This document shows positions 47,524 through 57,281 of a stretch of 64,000 bases of DNA, piece after piece (position 1 is the stretch's first letter; the number at the start of each line of letters is the position of its first letter). The stretch is from assembly GCA_963703345.1 (NCBI GenBank), contig OY969814.1:1664001-1728000 (forward strand), given 5' to 3'. The notes under the pieces were generated by a model, which saw only the letters and a list, made by a program, of their open reading frames with translations, ran no database searches and had not been told where the DNA came from. The translations under genes and the position numbers were made by a program. The DNA is from an uncultured Chloroflexia bacterium. GTDB taxonomy: Bacteria; Chloroflexota; Dehalococcoidia; DSTF01; JALHUB01.

Positions 47524-48492
47524 ATGACAAGGACTGCCAACCTCTACGAACCGGTCCTGGCCGAGATGAGCCGGGTCGAGGAGACCCTGAGCTCGCTGGG
47601 CAACGTCGGCTCGCCGTGGCTGGCGGAGATGCTGGCCACAGTCCTCTTCAACGGCGGCAAGAGGATGCGTCCAGCGGTCTGCCTGCTGGCGGGCAAGTTC
47701 GGTGACCACGATGCCGATCTGTCCGTGCCGCTGGCGACGGCGCTGGAGCTGCTTCACACGGCCAGCCTTGTCCACGACGACGTCATCGACGGCGCCGGCA
47801 TCAGGCGCGGCCGGCCGACGGCGGGAAGGCTGTTCGATAACCATGCGGCGGTCATTCTCGGCGACTACGTCTTCGCCCAGGCGGCGGCCCTGGTAGCGCG
47901 AACGGGCAATCCGGCGGTTACCCGCCTGTTCGCCGAGACGATGGTGATGATGTCGAGCGCGCAGCTCGAGGAGGACCGCGTGGCGTTCGATTACAACCAG
48001 ACGCTGGACACCTATCTGCGGCGAATCCGGGGAAAGACGGCCTCGCTGTTCGCGATTGCCGGGCAGGGCGGCGCGCTGGTGAACGGCGTGTCGCTGGAAG
48101 AGGCGCAGTTGCTGCGGCTGTACGGCGAGAACCTGGGAATGGCGTTCCAGATCGTCGACGACATACTGGACTTCAGCGGCGACGAGTCGGAGATGGGGAA
48201 ACCGGTCGGCAGCGACCTGTCGCAGGGCACGCTGACGCTGCCGTCGCTGCTTCTGATCGAGCGCTACCCGGAGGAGAACCCGGTGAAGACGTTCTTCCTG
48301 GACGGCGGCGGCCCGGAGCACCTACACGAGGCTATCGCGATGGTGCGCGACTCCGGCATCCTGCACGAGGCGCTCACGCGGGCGAAGGGCTTCGGCGATG
48401 CAGCACGCGCGGCGCTGGCGGCGCTGCCGTTGACGCCGCAGCGGAGCTCGTTGGAGGAGATAGCGGCGTACGTGTTGGAGCGTCGGGCGTAG
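47524..48492 (+). CDS. Polyprenyl diphosphate synthase
   Basis: GGKRMRP, HDDVID, KTASLF, FQIVDDILD. Confidence 0.94.
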   Translation: MTRTANLYEPVLAEMSRVEETLSSLGNVGSPWLAEMLATVLFNGGKRMRPAVCLLAGKFGDHDADLSVPLATALELLHTASLVHDDVIDGAGIRRGRPTAGRLFDNHAAVILGDYVFAQAAALVARTGNPAVTRLFAETMVMMSSAQLEEDRVAFDYNQTLDTYLRRIRGKTASLFAIAGQGGALVNGVSLEEAQLLRLYGENLGMAFQIVDDILDFSGDESEMGKPVGSDLSQGTLTLPSLLLIERYPEENPVKTFFLDGGGPEHLHEAIAMVRDSGILHEALTRAKGFGDAARAALAALPLTPQRSSLEEIAAYVLERRA

Positions 48493-48522
48493 ACTTCGTT
48501 CGTCAACCGATCTTACCAAGAC

Positions 48523-48576
48523 GCCGAGACTGGAAAGTCTCGGCTACGTTGTTTGTGGGTCTCGGCTACGTTGTTT
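48523..48576 (-). repeat. GTAG-type REP palindrome with partial tandem duplication
   Basis: Minus strand GTAGCCGAGACTTTCCAGTCTCGGC; GTCTCGGCTACGTTGTTT at 48537 and 48559. Confidence 0.7.
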
Positions 48577-48588
48577 ATCGTTGCGTTG

Positions 48589-49374
48589 TTACGTCGCGTC
48601 GGGAGAAACGGGCGCCGGCGTGTGGCGGAGCGTTTCGATGAAGCGAGCGGAGCGCACGTCGCGCTCGAGCACATAGAGAAGGTACTCCTTCAGATGGCGC
48701 TCCAGCTCCGCCTCCAGCGCGGGAGCCGTTCGGACGCGCATCACCTGCGCGAAGCCGCCCTTCTGAATGAGTCGCATCACCTTCAAGGCGTTCACCGATA
48801 GCGGGCGCGACATCGGCGCATTGGCGGCGCAGGCCGGGCAGAGGACACCGCCGGATTCCGCGCTCCAGGCGTTGGGGACGGGCTGCAACGCCGCGCCGCA
48901 GAGTACGCATTCCTCCGTCTGCGGCTGATAGCCCAGGTGGCCAAGCAGGCGCATCTCGAAGAAGCGCAGCGTCATGTCCAGTCGCTCTTCCGTCGCCAGG
49001 CGGCGGAGCGTCTCCAGGAAGAGGCGGAAGACGGGATAGCTTTCCTGGCGCTCCGGCGTGAAGCGCTCCACGAGCTCGGCGGCGTAAAAGGCGCGTCCGG
49101 TGCGCTCCAGGTCTTCGCGCAGCGATGGGAAGACCTCCAGCGTCTGCGCCTGGGTGACGATGTCCAGCTCACGGCCGCGGGCGAGCATAAAGGACGTGTA
49201 GGTGAACGGCTCGACGTGGCCGGCAAGCTTGCTGCGGGGTCGTCGCACTCCCTTGGCGACGGCGTCGAGCTTGCCGAGGTTGGGCGTGAAGACGGTGACT
49301 ATCTTGTCGGCCTCGCCGAGGCGACGCTGGCGGAGGACGATGCCGTTGGTCTTGTAGACCTTTGGGATTGTCAT
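48589..49374 (-). CDS. recO: DNA repair protein RecO
   Basis: GEADKIV, AKGVRRPRS, zinc finger CVLC..CPAC; follows recR. Confidence 0.93.
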   Translation of the reverse strand: MTIPKVYKTNGIVLRQRRLGEADKIVTVFTPNLGKLDAVAKGVRRPRSKLAGHVEPFTYTSFMLARGRELDIVTQAQTLEVFPSLREDLERTGRAFYAAELVERFTPERQESYPVFRLFLETLRRLATEERLDMTLRFFEMRLLGHLGYQPQTEECVLCGAALQPVPNAWSAESGGVLCPACAANAPMSRPLSVNALKVMRLIQKGGFAQVMRVRTAPALEAELERHLKEYLLYVLERDVRSARFIETLRHTPAPVSPDAT

Positions 49375-49387
49375 GGCGGGACGCCGG

Positions 49388-49996
49388 CTAAACTTCCTGA
49401 CGACCCTCGATGGCGCGGGTGAGAGTGACGTCGTCGGCATACTCGAGGTCGGCGCCGACGGGCAGGCCGCGGGCGAGGCGCGTCACCCTGATGCCGAGCG
49501 GCGCGATGAGCCGCGTGAGGTACATGGCGGTCGCTTCGCCCTCCAGGTTGGGGTTCGTCGCCATGATGACTTCGCGCACCTCCGCCGGCGACTGCAGCCG
49601 CGCCAGGAGCTCACGCACCTTCAGCTCGTCGGGGCCGATGCCGTCCATGGGCGAGATGACGCCGTGCAGGACGTGGTAGAGCCCTTTATAGCTACCCGTG
49701 CGTTCCAGGGCCAGGATGTCGAGCGGCTCCTCGACGACGCAGATCTTCGACCGGTCGCGCTGGTCGTCCTGGCAGACCGCGCAGGGGTCGGCGTCGGTGA
49801 TGTTCTGGCAGGTGGAGCAGAGGACAATCTTCTCCTTCATCTCCAGGATCGCCTCGGCGAGGATCTGCGCCTCTTCTTGCGGCGCGCGCAGGAGGTAGTA
49901 GGTCAGTCGCTGGGCGCTCTTCGGACCGATGCCGGGCAGCTTGTTGAACGCTTCTATCAGGCGGCTTACGGGGAGCGCGGTGGTCGTCTGGGTCAT
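49388..49996 (-). CDS. recR: Recombination mediator RecR
   Basis: [12 protein letters not shown]4 zinc finger, YHVLHG, EGEATA, LEYAD. Confidence 0.98.
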   Translation of the reverse strand: MTQTTTALPVSRLIEAFNKLPGIGPKSAQRLTYYLLRAPQEEAQILAEAILEMKEKIVLCSTCQNITDADPCAVCQDDQRDRSKICVVEEPLDILALERTGSYKGLYHVLHGVISPMDGIGPDELKVRELLARLQSPAEVREVIMATNPNLEGEATAMYLTRLIAPLGIRVTRLARGLPVGADLEYADDVTLTRAIEGRQEV

Positions 49997-50018
49997 CGAA
50001 TCCTCGTTATGTTCACCT

Positions 50019-50336
50019 CTAGCGCATGCCCGGGAAGCCAGGGCCGAGGCCGGCAGTGAGACCGGCCATGTGCTCCGTCTGAAGCGCCTGCGCCTTCTGA
50101 AGCGCCTCGTTGAAGGCGGCGATGACCAGGTCTTCGAGCATCTCCACGTCTTCGGGGTCGACGACTTCGGGCGATATCTTGAGGGAGCGGATCTCCAGGC
50201 TGCCGGAGACCGTGACCTTGACGGCGCCGCCGCCGGCGCTGCCTTCGGCCGTCATGTTGGCCAACTCTTCCTGAGCCTTCGCCAGGCGCGACTGCATCTG
50301 TTGGATCTGGCGCATCATGTCGCGGTTCATCTTCAT
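50019..50336 (-). CDS. ybaB: YbaB/EbfC nucleoid-associated protein
   Basis: [22 protein letters not shown]; between dnaX and recR. Confidence 0.96.
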   Translation of the reverse strand: MKMNRDMMRQIQQMQSRLAKAQEELANMTAEGSAGGGAVKVTVSGSLEIRSLKISPEVVDPEDVEMLEDLVIAAFNEALQKAQALQTEHMAGLTAGLGPGFPGMR

Positions 50337-52015
50337 GGCATCTCTCCTCCGTCATCGCTGCCGATAACCCGCGCCCCGAGCTCACGCGCGGCCTGGACGA
50401 GATGTCCGCCGCTGCCGCCGCCTCCGGCCCGAGTGGTAGCGGCCTGCGGGTCGTAGACGCACTTCACCTCGTATGCGGCACCAAGCACCTTCTGGACCGC
50501 CTCGCGCAACGCCTCAAGGTAGGCGCCGCCCTCGCCGGAGTTCATTTTCTCGGCGAGCGGTCCGTGGCGGAAGCTAAACACGACCGTGTTGTCGTCGACG
50601 CCGGTGATAGCGCAGCCGCTGTTGAGCAGAGCGCCCGCCTTGAAGTTGATCTTGCGGGCGAGCTGGTATATCGCCGGCCACTTCTCTCGAAGTGCGGAGA
50701 CTTCGGCGGGCACGGGCACGGGTGGTGGGCCCATCTCGTCGGGCTGGTCGGGACCGTCGCCGGCAGCCTCAGGTCCGGCAGCGACAGAGGGCGAAGCCGG
50801 CGCGGCGCGGCGGCGGGATGGAGCGGCGGGCGCGGGACGTTCATCGCGGGCGGACGCCGACGGGAATGCCGGACGCGCCGGAGCAGCCTCCCGGCGCTCG
50901 ACCGGCGGTGGCGCGGCGACCTTTCGCGCTTCCGCTGCTTCGCGGGCGAGGACGCATTCGGCCAGCGCCATCTCCAACGGCAACGACGACAGCGGGTCGG
51001 CGCGAACGTCAACCTGCCCGAATGCGCGAAGGGCGCGCACGATCTCCTCTTTGCCGACGCCGTCGAGGAGCTTCTTCATCTCCTGCGCCTGCTCTTTCGT
51101 CAGGCTGAGCGTGCTCTCGACGCCGGCGGCCATCAGGAGGAGGCGACGCAGATGGGCGACGACCTCCCGCTGGAACTGACGCAGGTCGAGGCCGTCGTCG
51201 CGGACGGAGCCGATGAGCGCCAGGCCTTCGCCGAGGTTGCCGTGCAAGACCAGGCGCGCCAGGTCGGCGCTGCGGGCGTCGCCGCTGAGGCCGAGGCCGC
51301 TCTGGACCGTCTCGACGCTAAGCTCGCGGCCGTGGTAATCGACCGCCTGCTCCAGCAGATTGATGGCGTCGCGCATGCTGCCGGTGGCGGCGCGCGCTAT
51401 GAGCTCCAGCGCCTCACGCGGGCAGATTATCCCCTCCTGCTCGCAGACGTGAGCCAGGCGGTCGATTGCGGCTTCGAGAGGAACGCGACGGAAGTCGAAC
51501 CGCTGGCAGCGGGAGCCGATGGTCGCCGGTATCTTGTGCGGCTCGGTGGTCGCCAGGACGAAGATGACGTGCGGCGGCGGCTCTTCCAGCGTCTTGAGAA
51601 GGGCGTTGAAGGCGGGCTCGGTGAGCATGTGGGCTTCGTCGATTATGTATACTTTGAAGTCGGCGCTCCCGGGCGCGAAGCCGACTTTCTCGCGCAGGCT
51701 GCGGATCTCGTCGATGCCGCGGTTGCTGGCGGCGTCGAGCTCGACGAGGTCCAGGGCGCGTCCTTCGGAGAAAGCGCGGCAGGAGTCACACTTGTTGCAG
51801 GGCTCGCCTTCCTGCGAGTCGCGGCAGTTGGCGGCCTTGGCGAGAAGGCGGCCGCTGCTGGTCTTGCCGGTGCCACGCGGGCCGCTAAAGAGATAGGCGT
51901 GCGACACCTTGTGCGAGGCGACGGCGTTGCGCAGGGTACGCACTATGGGCTCCTGGCCGGCGACCTCGCTGAAGGTCTGGGGACGGTATTTCCGGTAGAG
52001 GACTTCAGCAGCCAT
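50333..52015 (-). CDS. dnaX: DNA polymerase III subunit gamma/tau
   Basis: LYRKYRP, GPRGTGKT, DAASN, DEAHML, LLKTLEEPP, SRCQRF. Confidence 0.98.
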   Translation of the reverse strand: MAAEVLYRKYRPQTFSEVAGQEPIVRTLRNAVASHKVSHAYLFSGPRGTGKTSSGRLLAKAANCRDSQEGEPCNKCDSCRAFSEGRALDLVELDAASNRGIDEIRSLREKVGFAPGSADFKVYIIDEAHMLTEPAFNALLKTLEEPPPHVIFVLATTEPHKIPATIGSRCQRFDFRRVPLEAAIDRLAHVCEQEGIICPREALELIARAATGSMRDAINLLEQAVDYHGRELSVETVQSGLGLSGDARSADLARLVLHGNLGEGLALIGSVRDDGLDLRQFQREVVAHLRRLLLMAAGVESTLSLTKEQAQEMKKLLDGVGKEEIVRALRAFGQVDVRADPLSSLPLEMALAECVLAREAAEARKVAAPPPVERREAAPARPAFPSASARDERPAPAAPSRRRAAPASPSVAAGPEAAGDGPDQPDEMGPPPVPVPAEVSALREKWPAIYQLARKINFKAGALLNSGCAITGVDDNTVVFSFRHGPLAEKMNSGEGGAYLEALREAVQKVLGAAYEVKCVYDPQAATTRAGGGGSGGHLVQAARELGARVIGSDDGGEMP

Positions 52016-52027
52016 GTGTCAGAGAGA

Positions 52028-52486
52028 TTATATCACCCCCAGACTCGCCAGCAGAGCGCTTTCGCGAGACCGCATGCGGCGTTCTTCGGCTTCGATGGCG
52101 TGGTCGTACCCGAGGAGATGCAGCAGGCCGTGAATCAGGAGTAGCGCCACTTCGCGCTCCAGGGAATGGCCGGCCTGTTTCGCCTGCCGTCGCGCGGTGG
52201 GCAGGGAGATGATGACCTCGCCGAGCCGGGTCGCGCCGCCGGGAGGCAGAGCGAACTCGTCCTTCCCTTCGTTCAGGGCGAAGGAGAGGACGTCGGTGGG
52301 CGCGTCCTCGCCGCGAAATCGACGGTTGAGATCGCGAATGGCGGCGTCGCCGATCACGACGATGCCGACCTCCGCCGGCGCGACGTCCTCGGCGGCGAGG
52401 ACGCGCCCGGCAAGGCCGCGCAGCCGTTCTTCGTCAACGGCGCCCCGAAAGCGTCCGTCGATCCTTACGCCGATCTCGTGCTTCAT
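52028..52486 (-). CDS. ybeY: rRNA maturation RNase YbeY
   Basis: LNRRFRG, PTDVLSF, HGLLHLLGYDH. Confidence 0.95.
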   Translation of the reverse strand: MKHEIGVRIDGRFRGAVDEERLRGLAGRVLAAEDVAPAEVGIVVIGDAAIRDLNRRFRGEDAPTDVLSFALNEGKDEFALPPGGATRLGEVIISLPTARRQAKQAGHSLEREVALLLIHGLLHLLGYDHAIEAEERRMRSRESALLASLGVI

Positions 52487-52612
52487 GCGACGCCTCGCCG
52501 TCATGGTAACACGTCGAGGCGGATGGTCGGAGCGTCCAGTTTGTCGTCGACGGGGCATGGCGGCCTTCGTTGACACAATGTCGCGGCAATCGGGATACTG
52601 GATTTGCTTCTC

Positions 52613-53248
52613 ATGCTGATCGATCTCCACGCTCACACCAATCCCATATCCTGGGACTCCCGCCTTTCGCCCGACGAGCTGGTCGAGCTCTCGAAGGAGG
52701 CGGGACTCGACGGCGTGTGCCTGACGGAGCACGACTACTTCTGGGACGTCGATGAGTGCGCAGCGCTGGCGAAAAAGCACGACTTCCTCGCCCTTCCCGG
52801 CATCGAGGTGAACACGGAGCACGGCCATATGCTCGTCTACGGCCTCACACAGTACCGCTTCGGCATGCATCGCATCGAGCAGTTGGCGGCGATGGTGGAA
52901 GAGGACGGCGGCGTGATGGTGGCGGCGCATCCGTACCGTCGCTACATGCCATGGTACGAGCTCGACGAGGCGGACCTGAAGCGCGGCCTGGAGCGGGCGG
53001 CGGCCAATCCCGCCTACCGGTACTGCGTCGCGCTGGAGACGGTCCACGGCCGGGCGGCGCCGCAGCAGAACGAGTTCTCGGAGAGGCTGCGGCAGACGCT
53101 CCACATGGCGGCGACCGGCGGCAGCGACGCGCATCAGGCGAGTCAGGTGGGGCGCTGCGCCACGCGCTTCGAACGTCAGATATCGTCGCTTGCCGAGCTC
53201 ATCGCGGAGCTAAAGGCGGGACGCTTCGAGCCGGTGGACTATCGCTGA
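52613..53248 (+). CDS. PHP domain phosphoesterase
   Basis: DLHAH, LTEH, GIE, AHP, GGSDAH; TTGACA-18-GATACT promoter at 52570-52599. Confidence 0.9.
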   Translation: MLIDLHAHTNPISWDSRLSPDELVELSKEAGLDGVCLTEHDYFWDVDECAALAKKHDFLALPGIEVNTEHGHMLVYGLTQYRFGMHRIEQLAAMVEEDGGVMVAAHPYRRYMPWYELDEADLKRGLERAAANPAYRYCVALETVHGRAAPQQNEFSERLRQTLHMAATGGSDAHQASQVGRCATRFERQISSLAELIAELKAGRFEPVDYR

Positions 53249-53278
53249 GACCGACGATGCGCCTGGCTACCGGTCCGT

Positions 53279-53307
53279 TTGACACGAAAACGGGGCTGCG
53301 CTATCGT
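53279..53307 (+). promoter_or_regulatory. Probable promoter of MaoC/SDR operon
   Basis: TTGACA, 17-nt spacer, TATCGT. Confidence 0.55.
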
Positions 53308-53366
53308 CTACGTCACCACGTCCAATTTCCAGTCTGCGAGTTTCCAATAAGGAGGTAGGAAAGACC

Positions 53367-53861
53367 GTGACCGAAGAATCGATTCTCACGGACGAAATGC
53401 GTTCTGTCGTAGGAAAAGAGGGGGAGCCCCAGACGATCGAGGTCGACAAGACGGCGATCCGCTGGTTTGCCCGAGCCGTAGGCCACACCGACCTCGTCTT
53501 CTACGACGAGGAGTACGCCAAGAGCAAGGGGCACCGCAGCATCATCGCGCCGCCCGGCTTCCTGGGACACGCTATCCATACGCCGCAGAACCCCACGAAT
53601 ATCGTCGGCAACTCCATCAAGCGTCCACCCGCCATACCGGGGCTGGGCCTCATGCGCCTCCTCAACGGCGGCACGGAGTTCGAGTACTACGGCGAGGACA
53701 TTTGCGGCGGCGACGTGCTGAAGAGCGTCACCAAGATCGCCGATCTGCGCGAGAGGACGGGCGCGCTGGGAAAGATGCTCATTCTCACCACGGAGGCGAA
53801 CCTCTACAACAAAGAAGGCAAGCTCGTCGCGACCGAACGCGGCACCGGCATCATGTACTAG
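53367..53861 (+). CDS. MaoC dehydratase N-terminal-type hotdog protein
   Basis: AIRWFARAVG, APPGF, LNGGTEFEY; AAGGAGGT SD. Confidence 0.85.
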   Translation: MTEESILTDEMRSVVGKEGEPQTIEVDKTAIRWFARAVGHTDLVFYDEEYAKSKGHRSIIAPPGFLGHAIHTPQNPTNIVGNSIKRPPAIPGLGLMRLLNGGTEFEYYGEDICGGDVLKSVTKIADLRERTGALGKMLILTTEANLYNKEGKLVATERGTGIMY

Positions 53862-53873
53862 GGAGGGCGAAAG

Positions 53874-54305
53874 ATGGCTGATCAGGTCTACTTCGAAGAC
53901 GTCAACGTCGGCGACGAGATACCGCAGCTGGTCAAGAACTGCACGACACAGCAGTTGGTTATGTGGGCCGCCGGTTCCGGCGATATGTACCAGATCCACT
54001 ACGATAAGGACATCGCGGCCGGCAACGGCCTGCCCGGAGTCATCGTCCACGGCGCGCTCAAGAACGCCTTCTTGGGCCAGCTGCTGCACGACTGGCTGGG
54101 CGAAAAGGGAGAGATAAAGAAGTATAGCTGCCAGTATCGGGGCATGGACGTTCCCGGCCAGGACATGATCTGCCGCGGCGTAATCACTGAGAAGTCGCAA
54201 GAGGGCGGCAAGAACATCGTCCAGCTCGATATCTGGACCGAGAAAGAGGGCGGGGAGAAGACCTCGCCGGGGAAAGCCACCGTCTACCTGCCGTCGCGGG
54301 GCTAG
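53874..54305 (+). CDS. MaoC family dehydratase
   Basis: Hydratase-2 motif SGDMYQIHYD, IVHGAL. Confidence 0.9.
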   Translation: MADQVYFEDVNVGDEIPQLVKNCTTQQLVMWAAGSGDMYQIHYDKDIAAGNGLPGVIVHGALKNAFLGQLLHDWLGEKGEIKKYSCQYRGMDVPGQDMICRGVITEKSQEGGKNIVQLDIWTEKEGGEKTSPGKATVYLPSRG

Positions 54306-54308
54306 CAG

Positions 54309-55286
54309 TTGACGGCAGAGCCCGAAGCAGATAGCGCTACGAAGTCCGCCGGCCGGTCGCTGGAGGGGGAGGTTGCTGTCGTGACCGGCGCCGGCCGCGG
54401 CATCGGTCGGTGCGTCGCGCTGTTTTTCGCCGATCAGGGAGCGCGCGTAGTCGTCAACGACGCCGGCGTCGCCCCCGACGGCAGCGGCCAGGACGCGGCG
54501 CCCGCGAACCAGGTAGTCGCCGAGATCGTCGCGAAGGGTGGCGAGGCGGTCGCTAACCACGACTCCGTCGCGAGCATGGAGGGCGGCGCCCGCATCGTCG
54601 ACGCCGCCCTTGACGCGTGGGGCCGCATCGATGTCCTCTTCAACAACGCCGGCATCCTCCGCGACCGCATGTTCATCAAGATGAGCGAGGCGGACTGGGA
54701 CGCGGTGATGGCCGTCCACCTCAAGGGGACATTCGCCTGCACGAAGGCTGCGGCGCCCCACATGCAGAAACAGCGCTGCGGCCGGATTATCAACGCCTCA
54801 TCCTCCTCCGGGCTTATGGGCAACGCCGCCCAGGCGAACTACGGCGCCGCGAAGACAGCTATTGCCGGCCTAACGCGGGCGCTGGCGAAGGAGCTTGGCC
54901 GCTACGGCATAACCTGCAACGCAATCGCGCCGATGGCAGCGACGCGTCTCACCGTAGGCATGGGCGAAATGGCGGCCAAATACGGCCTGGTGATACCGGA
55001 GCCGGACTACGTTGCGCCGCTCATCGCCTACCTTGCCAGCGACGCTGCCTGGAACGTCAACGGGCAGATATTCTACGTCTTCGGCGGCAGCGTTTGCCTG
55101 GCGCAACCGCCGGTGCCAAGACGAACGATCTTCAAGGAAGGTGGCTGGGATGTGGACGGGCTAATCGAAGCGGTGCCAAACCAGCTCCTGCAGTTTGTCG
55201 AGAATCCGGGGCCGCCAGCGGAGCACCTGAAACCGGCGTTCGCGCAAGCAGCGGCGCCCGCGGCCTCTGTTCAAGAAGCGGAGTGA
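54309..55286 (+). CDS. SDR family oxidoreductase
   Basis: TGAGRGIG, NNAGILRD, YGAAK. Confidence 0.93.
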   Translation: MTAEPEADSATKSAGRSLEGEVAVVTGAGRGIGRCVALFFADQGARVVVNDAGVAPDGSGQDAAPANQVVAEIVAKGGEAVANHDSVASMEGGARIVDAALDAWGRIDVLFNNAGILRDRMFIKMSEADWDAVMAVHLKGTFACTKAAAPHMQKQRCGRIINASSSSGLMGNAAQANYGAAKTAIAGLTRALAKELGRYGITCNAIAPMAATRLTVGMGEMAAKYGLVIPEPDYVAPLIAYLASDAAWNVNGQIFYVFGGSVCLAQPPVPRRTIFKEGGWDVDGLIEAVPNQLLQFVENPGPPAEHLKPAFAQAAAPAASVQEAE

Positions 55287-55295
55287 AGTTGCGCC

Positions 55296-56207
55296 GTGTC
55301 GAATAGGCTGAAGGAACGGGTCGCGGCCGTGACCGGCGCCGGCAGAGGGATCGGCCGGGCGGTGGCGCTGGCGCTGGCGGCGGAGGGCGCGACGATCGTG
55401 GTGAACGACCTCGGCGTCGCCGTCGACGGCAGCGGTCCGAGCGGCGGGCCCGCCCAAGCTGTCGCGGACGAGATCGTCGCGGCGGGCGGGAAGGCAATCG
55501 CTCACTCCGGCACTGTCGCGACCGTTGAGGGCGGCGAGAGCATCGTCAAAGCGGCTGTCGATAGCTTCGGACGCCTGGACATCCTCGTCAACGCGGCGAG
55601 CATCCTCCGCGGCCGCGACTTCCTGCAGATGACGGAGGAGGAGTGGGACGCCGTCATTGCCGTCAACCTGAAGGGCCACTACTGCACCTGCCATCCCGCC
55701 GCCATCCAGATGCGACACCAGCGCTACGGCCGGATCATCAACTTCACGTCGCCGTCAGCGCTACTAGGAGCGTACGGGCAGGCGAACTTCGTCGCGGCGA
55801 AGGCGGGCGTCCTCGGCCTGACGCGCGTCATGGCGAGAGACCTGGGACGGAACGCCGTCACTGTCAACGCCGTCGCGCCGATGGCGGAGACGCGGCTGAC
55901 GGAGAGCCTTGCGAAGGCGGCTGCGGCCTCCGGCAAGCAGCTTCGACTAGGCACGGCCGACCAGGTGGCCGCGATGGTCACCTACCTGGCGACGGAGGAG
56001 GCCTGGAACGTCAACGGCAAGGTCTTCTACGTCTCCGGCGGAGGCATCTCGCTGGCGTACGAGGAGGAGATGGGCCGCATCATCACGAAGGACGGGATGT
56101 GGACGGTGGAGGAGCTTGCGGCCGCGTTGCCACGAGGCCTGCTTGAAGGGGTCGCGAACCCGTCGCCACCGCCGGCAGACCTTCCGATTCCCGGCCGAAC
56201 GACGTAG
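55296..56207 (+). CDS. SDR family oxidoreductase, paralog with altered catalytic motif
   Basis: TGAGRGIG, NAASILR, FVAAK in place of YxxxK. Confidence 0.9.
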   Translation: MSNRLKERVAAVTGAGRGIGRAVALALAAEGATIVVNDLGVAVDGSGPSGGPAQAVADEIVAAGGKAIAHSGTVATVEGGESIVKAAVDSFGRLDILVNAASILRGRDFLQMTEEEWDAVIAVNLKGHYCTCHPAAIQMRHQRYGRIINFTSPSALLGAYGQANFVAAKAGVLGLTRVMARDLGRNAVTVNAVAPMAETRLTESLAKAAAASGKQLRLGTADQVAAMVTYLATEEAWNVNGKVFYVSGGGISLAYEEEMGRIITKDGMWTVEELAAALPRGLLEGVANPSPPPADLPIPGRTT

Positions 56208-56258
56208 ACCGTCCCGGGCAAGATGCCCGCTCTACGCGGTTAGAGGCGGGGGCCTGCT

Positions 56259-56810
56259 CTACGCGGAGGGCTGCGCTTCCCAGGCGGTGCGGCGCAACTC
56301 CATCAGGACGAACATGCCGTTGCTGCGGCGGGATGTGTTGTACTGCTCGAAGCCGCCCTTGCGGAAGCAATGCTGCGCCCGCACGTTCCAATCGAGCGTC
56401 TTCAAGTAGAGCCGCGTCAGCTTCGTGTTGGTGAAGATGTAGCGGACGAGGGTCTGCAGCGCGTCGGTGCCGTAGCCGTGGCTCCAGTAACGCCTGTCGC
56501 CGATGGTTATGCCGATCTCCGCCTCGCCCTTCAGCACGTCGATGTTGTAGAACATGACGTTGCCGATATGGCGCCCCTCCATGTCCTCGACGGCGAAGGT
56601 ACGACGGAACGGCGTCGGCTGGGCTAGATCGTCGTCGTAAAGCGCCAGGTAGTCTTCGAAGGCGGTCGTAATCGGACGAGCGGCGTCGTAGATGGCGAGC
56701 TCGGCGTCCTTGCGCCAGGCATAGTCGGCTTCGGCGTCGCGGCGTCGCTTGATCCTGAGGACGACCTTCTCGCCGCAGGCGATCTCGCCTTCCACCGACG
56801 TCCTGGTCAC
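56259..56810 (-). CDS. RimJ/RimL-type GNAT acetyltransferase
   Basis: AEIGITIG..YWSHGYG, NVRAQHCFRKGGF. Confidence 0.88.
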   Translation of the reverse strand: MTRTSVEGEIACGEKVVLRIKRRRDAEADYAWRKDAELAIYDAARPITTAFEDYLALYDDDLAQPTPFRRTFAVEDMEGRHIGNVMFYNIDVLKGEAEIGITIGDRRYWSHGYGTDALQTLVRYIFTNTKLTRLYLKTLDWNVRAQHCFRKGGFEQYNTSRRSNGMFVLMELRRTAWEAQPSA

Positions 56811-57280
56811 GGCTTCGCCTCCGTTCTCGCGGCGCGTCGCGTCACCATGTCGGCGGCCTTCCGGACGATCTCCACCTCGTTGGGATAGGTGAGCAAACGG
56901 CAGGCCTCTTCGAGCTCGAACCAGCCGACGCTGTCGTATTCGGCATCGTGGTCGTCGAGGCTGCCGCCTACGGGAACGAACAGGTAGTGGTGGACCGTCT
57001 TGTGGTAGCGGACGCCTTTTTCTTTTCGGACGAACCAGTAGCGAATGGAGCCGATCTTCTCTTCAGGCACGACCTCCAGGCCCGTCTCCTCGCACACCTC
57101 CCGCGTGGCGGCCGCGACAAGGTCCTCGCCGGGCTCGGGCGTGCCCTTGGGCAGCCCCCAGATGCCTTCGCTGGTGCGGCCGACGATGACGATCTCCGTG
57201 CCGCGCTCGCCGAGCCGGTAGACGACGCCGCCGGCAGAGGTCGCGGACTCCGTTCGCAGGCCGATTCTTTCGCCGGTCAA
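56807..57280 (-). CDS. NUDIX hydrolase
   Basis: SAGGVV, Nudix box GTPEPGEDLVAAATREVCEETG; start TTG 57280 inferred. Confidence 0.9.
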   Translation of the reverse strand: MTGERIGLRTESATSAGGVVYRLGERGTEIVIVGRTSEGIWGLPKGTPEPGEDLVAAATREVCEETGLEVVPEEKIGSIRYWFVRKEKGVRYHKTVHHYLFVPVGGSLDDHDAEYDSVGWFELEEACRLLTYPNEVEIVRKAADMVTRRAARTEAKP

Positions 57281-57281
57281 G

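Noticed and set aside
50333-52015. dnaX programmed frameshift or upstream SRP RNA
   Set aside because: No slippery A-tract was seen, and the 12-bp gap to ybeY leaves no room for an RNA gene.
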